Below are positions 20,151-31,448 of a stretch of DNA of 64,000 nucleotides, piece by piece; position 1 is the first letter of the stretch; every line of letters starts with the position of its first letter. The notes beneath the pieces were generated by a model, which saw only the letters and a list, made by a program, of their open reading frames with translations, was not told the origin of the DNA and ran no database searches. The DNA comes from Kiritimatiellota bacterium (GTDB lineage Bacteria; Verrucomicrobiota; Lentisphaeria; Oligosphaerales; JAADHN01), in assembly GCA_013151865.1 (NCBI GenBank), contig JAADHN010000066.1:8311-72310 (forward strand). The letters run 5' to 3'. Both the position numbers and the translations under genes were made by a program.

Positions 20151-21197
20151 TCACGACGTACTCCGAGGAGCCGGAAAAGGGTCCGACGCATCAAAATCGG
20201 GTCGATAGTCCGGGTCGCCGAAGTCCGGCTGAATGTAGACCTTCTCGAAACCCAGTTCTTCCACCTCCGCCACCACTCGCTCATACTCGCTCGCCGCCAG
20301 ACGACGGTTCAGCAGGCCCCGCCGCCGACATTCCGGCGTCGGATGGTATTGGCTCATGACCGAAAGCGGCAGGCCCGGGCCGAACTCCTCGTGCAGGCGG
20401 CGCAGGACAAGAAGGCTGTTGTCCACATGGTCCGGCAACACCAAATGCCGCACCAGCACCCCGCGCCGCCCCGTCCGGCGCCCGTCCGGGCGCCATGGGC
20501 GGAGAAAACCCACGGCCCCCACCATGCGACGCAACGCCGCCAAGGCCAACTCCGGATACCGCGAGTCGCCCATGCAGCGAGCGGCCAACACCGGATCCAT
20601 GAACTTGACGTCGGGCAAGAAGATGTCGATGATCTCGACCGCTTGCCGGACAACACACTCCGCCATGTACCCCGAGCAGTTGAAGACAAAAGGCAACGAA
20701 AACCCCCGGGCCCGAATTCGCTCGCAAAGCCATTTCATGTGCGGCCAGAAATGGTCCGGTGTGACCAAGTTCAGGTTGTGGACCGACTTCCGGACCAGCT
20801 CCTCCACGGCGGCCAACAGCTCTTCGGGAGAAACCGACCGGCCCTGCCCTTCGCGGGAAATGCGATAATTCTGGCAGAAAAAACAACGGGTCGAACAACC
20901 GGCAAGAAAAACCGTCCCCGACCCACAGCGACCGGAGATGGACGGCTCTTCGCCAAAATGCGGACAAACCGCCCCAATCCGACACACGGCGGTTTCCCCG
21001 CAAACCCCTCGTCGACCGGCGATCCGGTCGACCCCGCAGGCACGCGGGCACAGACGGCAATCCCGGTACTGGTCCCGGTATCGCGTCCATGCATGCCCAA
21101 GCTCCGGCCCGGGACCGCCGCCGCTCTTCGAGGCAATCCGACGCACTGGCACGTCTCCCGCATTCTCTCCGCTCTCGGCCGGGCGAGAGCCAGGCAC
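20151..21197 (-). CDS. PflX-like radical SAM protein (homologue of PFL-activating enzymes)
   Basis: N-terminal CRLCPRACG..R..G.CG, HFGEEPSISG..GSGTVF, CxxxCxxC (CSTRCFFCQN) and GVLVRHLVLP. The true start may be downstream of 21197. Confidence 0.85.
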   Translation of the reverse strand: MPGSRPAESGENAGDVPVRRIASKSGGGPGPELGHAWTRYRDQYRDCRLCPRACGVDRIAGRRGVCGETAVCRIGAVCPHFGEEPSISGRCGSGTVFLAGCSTRCFFCQNYRISREGQGRSVSPEELLAAVEELVRKSVHNLNLVTPDHFWPHMKWLCERIRARGFSLPFVFNCSGYMAECVVRQAVEIIDIFLPDVKFMDPVLAARCMGDSRYPELALAALRRMVGAVGFLRPWRPDGRRTGRRGVLVRHLVLPDHVDNSLLVLRRLHEEFGPGLPLSVMSQYHPTPECRRRGLLNRRLAASEYERVVAEVEELGFEKVYIQPDFGDPDYRPDFDASDPFPAPRSTS

Positions 21198-22023
21198 ATT
21201 CGATCCTGTCTTCCGGCAAACCGTCCGAATGCGCGCCGCTCCGGTCCGGCGACCCGGCCCATCGTGAATCTCCGGCTTGCGCGGCCTTGCCCTTCGGCCG
21301 ACGCATTCCGGAATCCTGAACGCGGCGGTTTCATTTCAGAGGCTTGCCGAGTCGAACGCCCATCCTTGACGCCGTTCCCGTGCTCTGCCGTGCTCGACCC
21401 GATCCGGCGAGACAATACTTCGATTCCGCTCTCGCACGCCGGTTCGCTTCAAGGGCACGGCCACGGAAGGAAAACGGGGCCGCACAATCGAGCAGACCCG
21501 ATGAATCCGCCGTACAATACTGCCCGGAACCCGGGAGCGCCGCACGCACCCCAGGGTCGCTCGGGTCTATTTGGACCGGCTGAGTTCTCGCCGCACGCAC
21601 CAAAGCGACGGGACAGGCCGCTTTGTTAACGGTCAGTTGCGACGAGGGGGTAAAACGACTCGGTATGGACCGGTACTGCGCGATTGCGCCCCGACAACGA
21701 TAGCGCCGTTCAGTCCCCACGAGACTGAGGGGGTGCACCGCTTTGAGAGACGCCCATTGCATACTCGCTCCGGAACTTGTATGTTCCAACGTTTCTCCGG
21801 GGTGTCCGGGCACACTTGCAGACCGAGCCAGTTCGCCCACGCTCCGGATCGTACCGGGACAGTCAGCAAAAAGCCCGTCCGAAAAGAATGCGCGGCGCCG
21901 CGAGGCCCGGCAAACGGCTCCGATCATTGCCGGCGCACGGTTCAGGGAAGGGCCCCTTCCTCTTCAGCCCCCCTATCGGCGCCCTCCACTCGAGAGGGAG
22001 CGGACGGCAAGGAGTCTGGCGGG

Positions 22024-23745
22024 ATGGAGCAGCAACCGGGCGACAAGACCCTGATCATGCAACGGCCGCCCGCGAAGCGCAAGCGGGCCGTTTCGATCTG
22101 GAGCGTCGGACTGGGGACGGTGTTCCTCGTTGTCATCCTCGTGCTCACCGTTCTGCAGCCCATTCTTTCGCAACGGGCCACTCTCGGCAGCGCCGAAGAA
22201 TGTACGAAGGCCCTGGAACGTTTGGCGGAGCAAGCTTCCACCACGCTCTCCCTTTTCGTGCAAACTTGTGCCAAGGACCTGCAACAGGCTGCCGTGGCAC
22301 GCGACAGCCGGGACGCACTCCGCCGCCTTGGGCAAAGCGTCGACGCTGCCGGAAAACCGCTCTACCGCGCCCTGTTCCTGTTCGCGGAGAAAGGCCCCGG
22401 CGCGCCGGCGGCCGCCTGGCCCGACGGCGCCGAAGTCCCACCAACCGTACTCTCCGCCGTACGCACCTGCCTGCGGCGCGCCCCCGGGTTCCGAACTCTC
22501 CTGGTCGCAGACGATTCAATCCCGCCGCGTGCCGTCTTGGTGGCAACCACTGCCGTCGGACCTGAAACCAAACGAGTGGTGGCTGTGGCGCTCGTTTCGA
22601 TCAAAGCCCTGGACAGGGCCTGCGGCGACCTCTCGGCTCAGTGGCGCGCGGAACTGCAACTACTGGACGAGCGGGGCAGGCCCGTCTTGGGACGACGCCC
22701 CAGAACCGGCGCCAACGCCGCCACGGCAACGGTCCGAGGCCTGGGTTGGCGGATCACCGCTTCGGCCGCCCCCCGGTTCCCGCGTAATATTCTGATCATG
22801 GGCCTATGGAGCGTCAGCCTGGCGACAATCGTTTTCCTGCTGCTGGTCGTCTTGCTCGCCGCCCGTATGGTCCGGAATGAAGCCCGGTTGAGTCGCCTGC
22901 TGACATCGGCCAACGCCCATCTTCGCGCCTACGGCGGCAAGCTCGAACAGATGGTTGCGGACCAAACAGTGGATCTCCGGCGCGCCAAAGAGCGAGCCGA
23001 GGAAGCCAACCGACTGAAAGGGGAATTCCTGGCCAATATGTCCCATGAAATCCGCACACCGCTGAACGCCATCGTCGGGTTCGCGGAACTGATGGCCGAA
23101 ATGGAACTGCCCAAAGACCAGGAAGAGTACATTCGACTGATTCGTGAGAGCGCCGATACGCTCCTCGAACTGGTGAACAATGTGCTGGACTTTGCAAAAA
23201 TGGATGCCGACGGAATCGTTGAACTGACCAATAGTCCTTTCAACCCAGGGGCGGTTATCGACGACGTCTGGCGGTTGTTTCGTCCGGTCGCGGAACAGAA
23301 AGGGATCCGTTTTCATGCCGACCCGGGCTCGCTGCCGACGGAAATCCTCGGGGATGCACTGCGGCTGAAACAGGCGCTCGGGAACCTCGTTTCCAACGGC
23401 ATCAAGTTCACACCGGAAAACGGCGAAGTCCTCGTCCGTGGCCGCACCGTCCGACAAACCGACACCACGGTGACCCTCGAAATCTCCGTGACCGACACCG
23501 GCATCGGCATCCCGGCGGAGTTTCACGAGATCATCTTCGAGCCGTTTCGCCAAGTGGACGCCAGCTCGACGCGCGAGTACGGGGGGACGGGGCTGGGCCT
23601 GGCCATAACACGTCGCCTCGTGGAGGGCATGGGCGGAAGTATTTCGGTCGAGAGCCGCCCGGGCCGCGGCAGCCGTTTCAGCGTGACCTTCACCGCGCCG
23701 CGTGTCGGACCGGGAACGGTCCCCGGGACCGCGGGGATGGTCTGA
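22024..23745 (+). CDS. Orphan sensor histidine kinase (two TM, periplasmic Cache-like domain, HisKA, HATPase_c)
   Basis: [39 protein letters not shown] and GGTGLGLAI motifs. Confidence 0.9.
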   Translation: MEQQPGDKTLIMQRPPAKRKRAVSIWSVGLGTVFLVVILVLTVLQPILSQRATLGSAEECTKALERLAEQASTTLSLFVQTCAKDLQQAAVARDSRDALRRLGQSVDAAGKPLYRALFLFAEKGPGAPAAAWPDGAEVPPTVLSAVRTCLRRAPGFRTLLVADDSIPPRAVLVATTAVGPETKRVVAVALVSIKALDRACGDLSAQWRAELQLLDERGRPVLGRRPRTGANAATATVRGLGWRITASAAPRFPRNILIMGLWSVSLATIVFLLLVVLLAARMVRNEARLSRLLTSANAHLRAYGGKLEQMVADQTVDLRRAKERAEEANRLKGEFLANMSHEIRTPLNAIVGFAELMAEMELPKDQEEYIRLIRESADTLLELVNNVLDFAKMDADGIVELTNSPFNPGAVIDDVWRLFRPVAEQKGIRFHADPGSLPTEILGDALRLKQALGNLVSNGIKFTPENGEVLVRGRTVRQTDTTVTLEISVTDTGIGIPAEFHEIIFEPFRQVDASSTREYGGTGLGLAITRRLVEGMGGSISVESRPGRGSRFSVTFTAPRVGPGTVPGTAGMV

Positions 23746-23889
23746 GCGCACCGCCCCCCTCCGGGAAGGCCGTCCCTCCGGGTGCGGGAGATCCGGACGG
23801 ACGGGCCGGGAAGCGGGAGAGGTCCCGGGCCTTCCCCTCCGTCCGCGCCGTTCACCTCGGGAACTCGGCTCTCGAAATGCCGTCGATGC

Positions 23890-25176
23890 TCACGGGGCTT
23901 CTTCGTCCGCCGTTTTTTTCGAGGAGAGAGTGACTGCGTTCGATTCGATCACAATCGTACTTTGCGGACCGCGCCGGTCCACGACCGCCGCATGCCCGTG
24001 TGAGTCGATCATGTTGCCGGTGACCGCCGCCGAGCGTACACCCGACTCGATCACGACACCCGGGCCGTACGATTCGATATGATTCGTCCCGAGAACGACT
24101 CGGCCCCCTTCGAGCAACACCGCCGGGGCGTCGAACGTCTTCATGGGGCGAAGCAGGCTGCACCCGGTGAGCACGGCATGATCGCAGGAACGCACTCGCA
24201 CGACCGGGGCCCCGTTCGACTTGAGTTCACTGCCGGTTACCCTGACCCGGGCGTCGCCCCCCTCCACCACGAGACTCTCCTGGTGATTCCAGAAACTCCC
24301 GCCGCTGACCGATACCGTGTGTCCGCCCTTCACCGACATGCCGATGGCGCAAAAATCCGTGGCGCACCCATTGAGCACCCCCCACGTCCCGCCCTCGATC
24401 TTGCAACCCTCGATCCTGTCCTCGAACCGGAAACCCCAATGCATACCGAACGCAAAACAGTCAGTCATGCGAACCAAGTCATTCTTGCCCAGCAGGAAAC
24501 CGGTCCCCGCCCGGAGACCCCGGGGAACAGGGCCCGCATTCCAAACCTCGATGTTGCACAGGCGCGGAACATCCCATGTGCCCGTGATCCGAATGCCCAC
24601 ATTGCGAATCGAGACCATGAATACATTCGCGATATTCACGCGGCCCACGTTGTGTTCGCCGTCCGTTAGGATCCCATCCCATGCGTAGCGGATACGAAGG
24701 TCCCGAATCGTTGCACCGATCCCCGAAATCAACACGGCAGGGGGACCCTCGTCCGGCTCCTCGTCCCAGTGGTAGGTGATGCCGAGACCGCTGAGTGCAC
24801 CGCCGGCCCCGAGAATGATCGCCGGACCGTCGCGGTGCGTCGGAATAAGGGCCGGTAATGCGTCGACATCCGCGGGCCAGGCCCGAACTCCGGACCCATT
24901 CAACGCCACCTTGTCGAGCCGGAGCGGCCGGGAAATCCGGTATCGACCCCGGGGCACGAGCACGACGCCGTCGCCGGAATGGGCTCGGGAAATCGCCGCA
25001 AGAAAAGCCGCGGTGTCGTCTGCCTTTCCGTCGCCTTTTGCGCCCAGAGCGCGCACGTCGACCGCAGATGCCTCGACCGCACCGGTCGCCGCCCGTTCCG
25101 CCCCCCCGACAGCCCCGCCCGTGAAAACCAGCGCGCCCAACAACCCCGCCGCCGGCAGCAGTTCAACAGCTCTCAT
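23890..25176 (-). CDS. Secreted right-handed beta-helix protein (pectate lyase 3 / GH28-related)
   Basis: Signal peptide, [32 protein letters not shown], then beta-helix repeats. Confidence 0.8.
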   Translation of the reverse strand: MRAVELLPAAGLLGALVFTGGAVGGAERAATGAVEASAVDVRALGAKGDGKADDTAAFLAAISRAHSGDGVVLVPRGRYRISRPLRLDKVALNGSGVRAWPADVDALPALIPTHRDGPAIILGAGGALSGLGITYHWDEEPDEGPPAVLISGIGATIRDLRIRYAWDGILTDGEHNVGRVNIANVFMVSIRNVGIRITGTWDVPRLCNIEVWNAGPVPRGLRAGTGFLLGKNDLVRMTDCFAFGMHWGFRFEDRIEGCKIEGGTWGVLNGCATDFCAIGMSVKGGHTVSVSGGSFWNHQESLVVEGGDARVRVTGSELKSNGAPVVRVRSCDHAVLTGCSLLRPMKTFDAPAVLLEGGRVVLGTNHIESYGPGVVIESGVRSAAVTGNMIDSHGHAAVVDRRGPQSTIVIESNAVTLSSKKTADEEAP

Positions 25177-25325
25177 CGGATCGCTCCTCCGTGCATCTCC
25201 CGAGTCGCTCTCTCCTGCAGAACCGCCAAGAGAACATAATCCCCTCGAACAGCCCCGCAATGAACCGGGGCCGATGTGCTGGCGCCATGCCGAACAGGCA
25301 ACTTGACGTATCGGTATCGGCCGAA

Positions 25326-26636
25326 TCAGGGTGCCCCCGGCCGTAGGTATCGCTTGAAAAAAGCCGCGATTTCATCCACGGGAAACCGGGGGGTATCTTC
25401 TTTCAGACGAAGAATGCATGGAATCCCGAGGGCGTCCATTCGCTTCTTGAGCATGAACCCGAACCTGGGGTGGTGAATATACTGTCGCCCGGAAGAATTC
25501 GGAGGCAGCTCCGTGTTCGGCTGACTGTAATAGACGTACACGGGGGGATCGTCAGCAGTCAAGTGGTGCAGGGGGGACGCCTCCTCGAACAGAGGCCAAA
25601 ACTTGGGGTCTTTCACGTCCGCGGCGGATTTCATGCCGAAAAAGGAAATCAAGGCCCCATCGACCCGGTCCGTATTGAACAGCTCCTGAATAACGCGTGG
25701 ATCGTAGGTCGTTTGGGCCGCGAACGGGGCGATGCATGTCAGGCGAGTGGATTGCCGGGCCACGGCATCCTTGCTCTCGGGCTCGGCAAGATCGTCGTGA
25801 AAGGCCAGCCATTCGGAAATGCCGGCGCCCGCCGAGCCGCCGGTGGCGCCGACCCGCTTGGGATCGATGTGGTACCTCTCCGCATTGAAACGAATGAACT
25901 GCAGGGCCCGGGCACAATCCCGCATTTGCATGGGAAAAGGCCCCACATCGGTCAGACGGTAGTTCAGGGATGCCACGGCAATACCCGCGGCGAGGAGCCT
26001 GTCAACGAGAGGTCCGTTCACACCGCGCTTGTCCCCCCCGCGGAACCCGCCGCCGTGAATGAAAAGAACCAAAGGAGCCGGTTTGGGCCCCTTGACGGTC
26101 CAAATGTCGAATCGCTGTTTCTCGTGTGCGCCGTAGGCCACGTCCAGGTAAGTGGGCGGGACCTTGGGCGGCTGTCGGCGCCGGCGGGGATTTCGACGGC
26201 GGACAGCGGTCCGCCGGAACGCCTGTTCCTCGTCCGGAGTGACGACTCCGTCGCCGTTCCGGTCGAGTTCGGCAAAATGCGCCCGCACTTGGGGCGGCAA
26301 CTCCTCTTTGCTCAGTTTGCCGTCGCCGTTCCGGTCGAGCCGTTCGAAGCTTCCGTCCGTCTTTTGACCAGGGCCTCCAAGATGCCGGTTCCGTCTCGCC
26401 CGGAAGACGCGGTCTTCCTCGGCCGTGATGAACCCGTCGCCGTCGGCATCCACCCGACCGAAAAAACGACGCAGCCGCACGGGCATTTCTCCGCGCGCCA
26501 ACTTGCCGTCGCCGTCGCGGTCAAATCGACGAATGAACCCTTCCGAGCGGTCCGCCGGTTGGGCCCGTGCACCGCTCGCGAACAACACAAGTGCCGCGAC
26601 CATGCCGACAAGTCTCGAATGTCGCCGGTGAATCAT
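25326..26636 (-). CDS. Secreted EF-hand plus alpha/beta-hydrolase (esterase) fusion
   Basis: Four EF-hand loops (DRDGDGKLARGE, DADGDGFITAEE, DRNGDGKLSKEE, DRNGDGVVTPDE), an HGGGF oxyanion motif and a GGSAG nucleophile motif. Confidence 0.85.
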   Translation of the reverse strand: MIHRRHSRLVGMVAALVLFASGARAQPADRSEGFIRRFDRDGDGKLARGEMPVRLRRFFGRVDADGDGFITAEEDRVFRARRNRHLGGPGQKTDGSFERLDRNGDGKLSKEELPPQVRAHFAELDRNGDGVVTPDEEQAFRRTAVRRRNPRRRRQPPKVPPTYLDVAYGAHEKQRFDIWTVKGPKPAPLVLFIHGGGFRGGDKRGVNGPLVDRLLAAGIAVASLNYRLTDVGPFPMQMRDCARALQFIRFNAERYHIDPKRVGATGGSAGAGISEWLAFHDDLAEPESKDAVARQSTRLTCIAPFAAQTTYDPRVIQELFNTDRVDGALISFFGMKSAADVKDPKFWPLFEEASPLHHLTADDPPVYVYYSQPNTELPPNSSGRQYIHHPRFGFMLKKRMDALGIPCILRLKEDTPRFPVDEIAAFFKRYLRPGAP

Positions 26637-26814
26637 CGTCTCTTTTCCCCGCTCGTCGCCAAATACCGCCCCACCACCACGTGACGCGCCCGGGGCGCCG
26701 GACGCACAAGCAGAACTCGCATCTCTCCGCACTATCGCCCGATAAACGCACGCGCCGAAAAGTTATTGCCGGCCGGCGCTCCCCCATCATCCTTGTTTCA
26801 GGCGCCCGGGGGCG

Positions 26815-27828
26815 TCAAGACTTGTGCGCGATCATCAGGCGGGTCGCGGTGTCGGCCTCCACCGTCTGCAGGCACGGGTCCACCAACCCCGCCGCCTTCA
26901 GCAATTCGGCCAGCTCACTCCGAGTGTAGCAACGCCCCGCAGGCGTATTCACCAACATGTTCAAGGCAAATACCGCGCCCGGCGCCGGACGAGTCCGATC
27001 ATCTTCGAGAACAAAGTCCCGGACCACGAACCGGCCTCCGGGGTTCAGTGCTCCGGCGACCTTGCGGAAGAGCACGGCAACGTCCTCCCGGGCCATGCTG
27101 TGAATGACGTTCGAGAGCCAAACCAAGTCGTACCCGGACCCGATATCGTCGGCAAGCATATCACCGGCAAGCACCCGTATTCTTGCAGTCAATCCCGCTT
27201 CCTCGATGTACCGTCGGGCGAGACGGACCACAGAGGCGCGGTCGAAAACGGTGGCCGTCAAACACGGGGCGGCCCTGCAGAAAGAAATCGCATAAACCCC
27301 GGAACCGCCGCCCAGATCCAGCACATGCCGGACACCCGTCCAGTCGATCGCCTGAACGAACGGGCCCTGCTGCCGAAGACCGAAATGATGCATGGCCCCA
27401 ATGAAACTCTCAACCTGATCCTCGCGGCACGCAGGCTCCTCAATGCGGACCGGCAGACTGCCTCCGCGCACGATTTCAGTGAGATGAGACCAGCTCTCCC
27501 AAAGGTGCCCCATGTGCTCCAGCATCGGCAGCACGAAACAAGGCGCGACACGACAGAGCATCTCGGCCGAAAGTGGGGTGCAACGGAAAAACGCGCCGTC
27601 CTTGGCCAGCAACCCGATGGCGACCAGTGCATTCAGCAGCATGGCCGTAGCCCGCGCGTCCGTCCCGAGACGCTCGGTGACCGTGCCGGCGTCAGCCCCG
27701 TTCTCGCCCACGGCCGGAAACACGCCTAACTCGACTGCCGTCAGAACCAAACGACTGACCTGAAAAGCGCGAACCGCATTCTCCAGTTTGTCCTCGCTGT
27801 CGATGTAGGGCCCGTACACGTGGTTCAT
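26815..27828 (-). CDS. SAM-dependent O-methyltransferase (dimerisation domain plus methyltransf_2)
   Basis: TAVELGVF, VLDLGGGSG, AGDML and YDLVWLSNVIH motifs. Confidence 0.85.
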   Translation of the reverse strand: MNHVYGPYIDSEDKLENAVRAFQVSRLVLTAVELGVFPAVGENGADAGTVTERLGTDARATAMLLNALVAIGLLAKDGAFFRCTPLSAEMLCRVAPCFVLPMLEHMGHLWESWSHLTEIVRGGSLPVRIEEPACREDQVESFIGAMHHFGLRQQGPFVQAIDWTGVRHVLDLGGGSGVYAISFCRAAPCLTATVFDRASVVRLARRYIEEAGLTARIRVLAGDMLADDIGSGYDLVWLSNVIHSMAREDVAVLFRKVAGALNPGGRFVVRDFVLEDDRTRPAPGAVFALNMLVNTPAGRCYTRSELAELLKAAGLVDPCLQTVEADTATRLMIAHKS

Positions 27829-28335
27829 TTTTTCATTCTCCTTCCCTGCCCGGCCGCAAGGCCTGACGCCGAGGACCGCATTCGAAATGCCCACAATTGC
27901 CGCCCGTGCCGCACAACCACCCCCCGTTCCCGACCGGGCACAACCCATGGACGCCGCGCGACGCCGAATCCCGCCAACCGAAACGGGCGACGCCGTGAAA
28001 GACCGTCCCTCAGGTCACACCAACTTTGCGAGGGGGCTTTGCATGATATAATACACCCCGCCTCCGAATTGTCCGGACGATGCCGCGAAGAGGGGCCGGA
28101 AGGCTCGCTCCGGACTAACGCTGCACGTGCTTCTTGCCGAAAACCGCCGGCACGCGGGGAATCCACCGCGACCGCCGGGCGGCTGTGAGTGAGCCGAACG
28201 GAGCGGGACCGGCGTCCGCAGAGCCTCGGTTTTTCGCGCCACGCAGTTGACCGCATGACCCCGTGGGACGGTGATCGCCTGCACGATTTGCGGCGAACGA
28301 GCGGCGGCGAACAGGGAACGGAAAGGTGTCTACCG

Positions 28336-29322
28336 ATGACAAGACGATTTGGGACAGCGTCCTACAGTTTCCAGTACTCCCTCGCGCTTTGGGACCTTGG
28401 AGACCGACCGGGACGGCGGATGACTTTGGATGAACTGCTCGAATCCACGGCGGAAAGCGGAGCACAGGTGATTCAGCTCCGAAGCTCGGCTGTCGACGCC
28501 CTTGATACTCGGGGCGCGAGCGCCCTGGCATCGCGCGTCGCGCGCTTGGGATTGGACCTGGAACTGCTCGGCGGGGACGCCCGCAGGCGCGACTTTCCCC
28601 ATAGCATCGAACGGGCCGCCGAACTCGGGGTGAAAGCCATGGGGTGCACGTTCGGATTCAAGACCCGACCGGGCGCCATCGCGTCGTATGCGGAATGGAT
28701 CCAGTACATCGAGAACGCAGAGATTCGCCTCCGCGAACTCGCACCGATCGCGGAACGACACGGGGTGAAAGTCGGCGTTGAACCGCACTTCGACTTCACC
28801 GTGGACGAAATCGCCGGCATCGTCGAACGGGTGGACTCCCCATGCATCGGCGTGCTGCTCGATATCGGCAACCCTGTCGCGACGCTCGACGACCCGCTCG
28901 AAGCCGCGCGGAGACTGGCCCCGTACGCGGTGGCCACCCACATCAAGGATTTCCGCGTGGACGAAACACCCCAGGGGTTCGACCTGACCATGGTCCCACT
29001 CGGAACCGGGAGCATTCGGGTCGGCGACATCCTCGAATTCTTGAATGTCCATGCCCCGCCTGAGATGTCGTTCTGCCTCGAACTGATCAACGGCTGGCAT
29101 TGCAGCCTCCCGTGGCTGGCGCCCGAATACCTGATGGCCTTCGGCGACCGCACGGCGGCCCATGTGGCCGCCGTTCTCCGCCACATCCGATCGGTGACGG
29201 CCCTGCCCCTAAAACCTTCGCAGGACGAACTCGCGCAGATGACGCCGGAATCCCGGATGCAATTCGAGCGCGACAGAGTCCGAGAAAACATCGAGTGGAT
29301 GCAGCAGCATACCCGGACGTGA
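28336..29322 (+). CDS. Sugar phosphate isomerase/epimerase (xylose-isomerase-like TIM barrel, AP_endonuc_2)
   Basis: GVEPH, LLDIGN, THIKD and PLGTG motifs. Confidence 0.85.
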   Translation: MTRRFGTASYSFQYSLALWDLGDRPGRRMTLDELLESTAESGAQVIQLRSSAVDALDTRGASALASRVARLGLDLELLGGDARRRDFPHSIERAAELGVKAMGCTFGFKTRPGAIASYAEWIQYIENAEIRLRELAPIAERHGVKVGVEPHFDFTVDEIAGIVERVDSPCIGVLLDIGNPVATLDDPLEAARRLAPYAVATHIKDFRVDETPQGFDLTMVPLGTGSIRVGDILEFLNVHAPPEMSFCLELINGWHCSLPWLAPEYLMAFGDRTAAHVAAVLRHIRSVTALPLKPSQDELAQMTPESRMQFERDRVRENIEWMQQHTRT

Positions 29323-29397
29323 ATTGGAACGACCCCCCGACAGACGGGGCCGGTCGGCGTACAATCGCAACCGAAACATGACGGAACAAGGAGACCG

Positions 29398-30144
29398 ATG
29401 ATGACGCAACGCTTCAGCGGCAAAGTGGCGCTGATCACCGGCGGCGGCTCGGGTATCGGGGCCGAAACGAGCTGCATGTTCGCGGCGGAAGGCGCGGCTG
29501 TCGCCGTGGTCGATATCGACGCCGAAGCCGCCGAACATGTGGCCGACGCAATCCGCAGCGCGGGAGGGACCGCAGAGACGTTCCAATGCGATGTCTCCGA
29601 CTGGACGTGCGTCTCCCTTATGATCGACCGGGTGGTCGCCCGGCTCCGCCGAATCGACGTACTTTTCAACAATGCCGGGATCGCCCCGCGCGCCTCTGTC
29701 GAGGAAATGACGCCCGAACTCTGGCATCACGTGCTGGCGGTGGACCTCGATTCGGTGTTCCTTGTCACCAAAGCCGCGCTTCCGCATCTGAAAGCCGTCC
29801 GCGGCTGCATCGTCAACACCGGTTCCCAGTGCTCCATCGCCGGGTACCCGCGTCTGGCGGCCTACACGGCGGCCAAAGCCGGGGTCCTGATGCTCACCAA
29901 GCAGATGGCGGCCGAATTCCGGCCGCTCGGCGTCCGCGTCAATGCCGTTCTTCCGGGGGTCGTGGCGACACCGCTGCAAATGCGCGCCTGGAAGGAAGAG
30001 GGCAAAAACTACGAGACCATGGACAAGTCCCGCATTCAGCAACCCGCGGACATTGCCCGTGCAGTGCTGTTTTTTGCGGACTCCGCAAACAGCCAGGTCT
30101 CCGGTAATTTTCTCGCAGTTAACGGGGTCTGCAGCTTCCTGTAA
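29398..30144 (+). CDS. SDR family NAD(P)-dependent oxidoreductase
   Basis: TGGGSGIG, NNAG, YTAAK and VRVNAVLPG motifs. Confidence 0.92.
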   Translation: MMTQRFSGKVALITGGGSGIGAETSCMFAAEGAAVAVVDIDAEAAEHVADAIRSAGGTAETFQCDVSDWTCVSLMIDRVVARLRRIDVLFNNAGIAPRASVEEMTPELWHHVLAVDLDSVFLVTKAALPHLKAVRGCIVNTGSQCSIAGYPRLAAYTAAKAGVLMLTKQMAAEFRPLGVRVNAVLPGVVATPLQMRAWKEEGKNYETMDKSRIQQPADIARAVLFFADSANSQVSGNFLAVNGVCSFL

Positions 30145-30323
30145 GGCTGATTGAACGAAGTCGAGCGGGTATGGTATCGGACTGAGTCATTCGCGAGCCT
30201 TCTGCTGCGGAGCGCGTTGTACGCGCTCCGCAGCGGTGCGAAAGAACTCGGCGCCCCACGGCGGGAGCACAGCGCCGAACTCCATGAGTTGAGGCCTTCC
30301 GACCAAGACAAGGAGGAAACCGC

Positions 30324-31448
30324 ATGTCCAATAAAACAAGAATCGGAGTCGTCGGGTTCGCCCACATGCACGTCAACCACGTGGCCGAAATGTTCGCCCG
30401 CCATCCGAACACCGAGTGGGCGGGGTGTGCCGACACTGTGCCGCTGGTGCCCGAGAAGTCCACGGTGCGCTACACGCGGGCGTGGAACAAGCAACACGTG
30501 ATGAGCGAGTTCGGCATCGCGCCCGAGTTCGATTCCGTCGAGGCGTTGCTGGCCGAAGGCAAACCGGATGTGGTCATCGTGTGCAGCGAAAACGTATTCC
30601 ATCCGGACATCGTCGAGACATGTGCCGCGGCCGGGACTCACGTCTGCGTCGAAAAACCCATGGCCATGAATCTCGCCCATGGATTGCGTATGATACGGGC
30701 CGCGGAAGCCGCCGGGACGACTTTGGCGGTGAACTGGCCGATCGCGTGGTCCCCGCAAATGCACGAACTCAAACGCCTGATCGACGCGAGCGCCATCGGA
30801 CGCATCCTGCAGGTGAAGTACCGGGCGGGGCACACCGGACCGCTGGGACCCGGGGCGGCGCACACGGGCGGCGGGGGCAAAGTCGAGGGAAGACTGACGG
30901 ACCCGGAGCGCGCCGCGTCCTGGTGGCATCGGACCGAGGCCGGCGGCGGGGCCCTCATCGATTTCTGCTGCTACGGGGCCATGCTGAGTCGCTGGCTGGT
31001 CGGCGAACAGGCCCAAGCGGCCGTGGCACTCAAAGCGAACCTCGACAGTCATTGGGGAGAAGCGGACGACAACGCGGTTATGATCGTGCGGTTTCCCGGC
31101 GCCATCGGACTTTACGAAGGCACTTGGACAACCCGGCATCACGGCGTGCCGACCGGTCCGATTATATACGGCACAGAAGGCACGCTCGTGGCGGACCGGC
31201 AGGACGGCAAGCCCGTGGTCCGGCTGGAACGGGGCCGTGGCGCGGAAATCGTCGAGCCGCCCCCGCTTCCCCAGGGTCGAACCGATATCGCCGAGGAGGT
31301 CCTGCATCGTCTCGCGACTGGAGAACCTCTGAATCCCCTGGTGGACATCCCTCTGAATCTCGATGCACTTGCCATTCTCGATGCCGGGGTCCGGTCCGCC
31401 GCCACCGGACGACTCGAAATGGTAAACAACCGGAACTGGCCGTCATGA
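30324..31448 (+). CDS. Gfo/Idh/MocA family oxidoreductase
   Basis: IGVVGFAHMH, VCVEKPMA and GGGALIDFCCYG motifs. AAGGAGG RBS. Confidence 0.88.
   Translation: MSNKTRIGVVGFAHMHVNHVAEMFARHPNTEWAGCADTVPLVPEKSTVRYTRAWNKQHVMSEFGIAPEFDSVEALLAEGKPDVVIVCSENVFHPDIVETCAAAGTHVCVEKPMAMNLAHGLRMIRAAEAAGTTLAVNWPIAWSPQMHELKRLIDASAIGRILQVKYRAGHTGPLGPGAAHTGGGGKVEGRLTDPERAASWWHRTEAGGGALIDFCCYGAMLSRWLVGEQAQAAVALKANLDSHWGEADDNAVMIVRFPGAIGLYEGTWTTRHHGVPTGPIIYGTEGTLVADRQDGKPVVRLERGRGAEIVEPPPLPQGRTDIAEEVLHRLATGEPLNPLVDIPLNLDALAILDAGVRSAATGRLEMVNNRNWPS

Noticed and set aside
26230-26530. Repeated CCGTCGCCGTTCCGGTCGAG-like units as a CRISPR or tandem repeat
   Set aside because: They encode the four EF-hand loops of the esterase on the minus strand.
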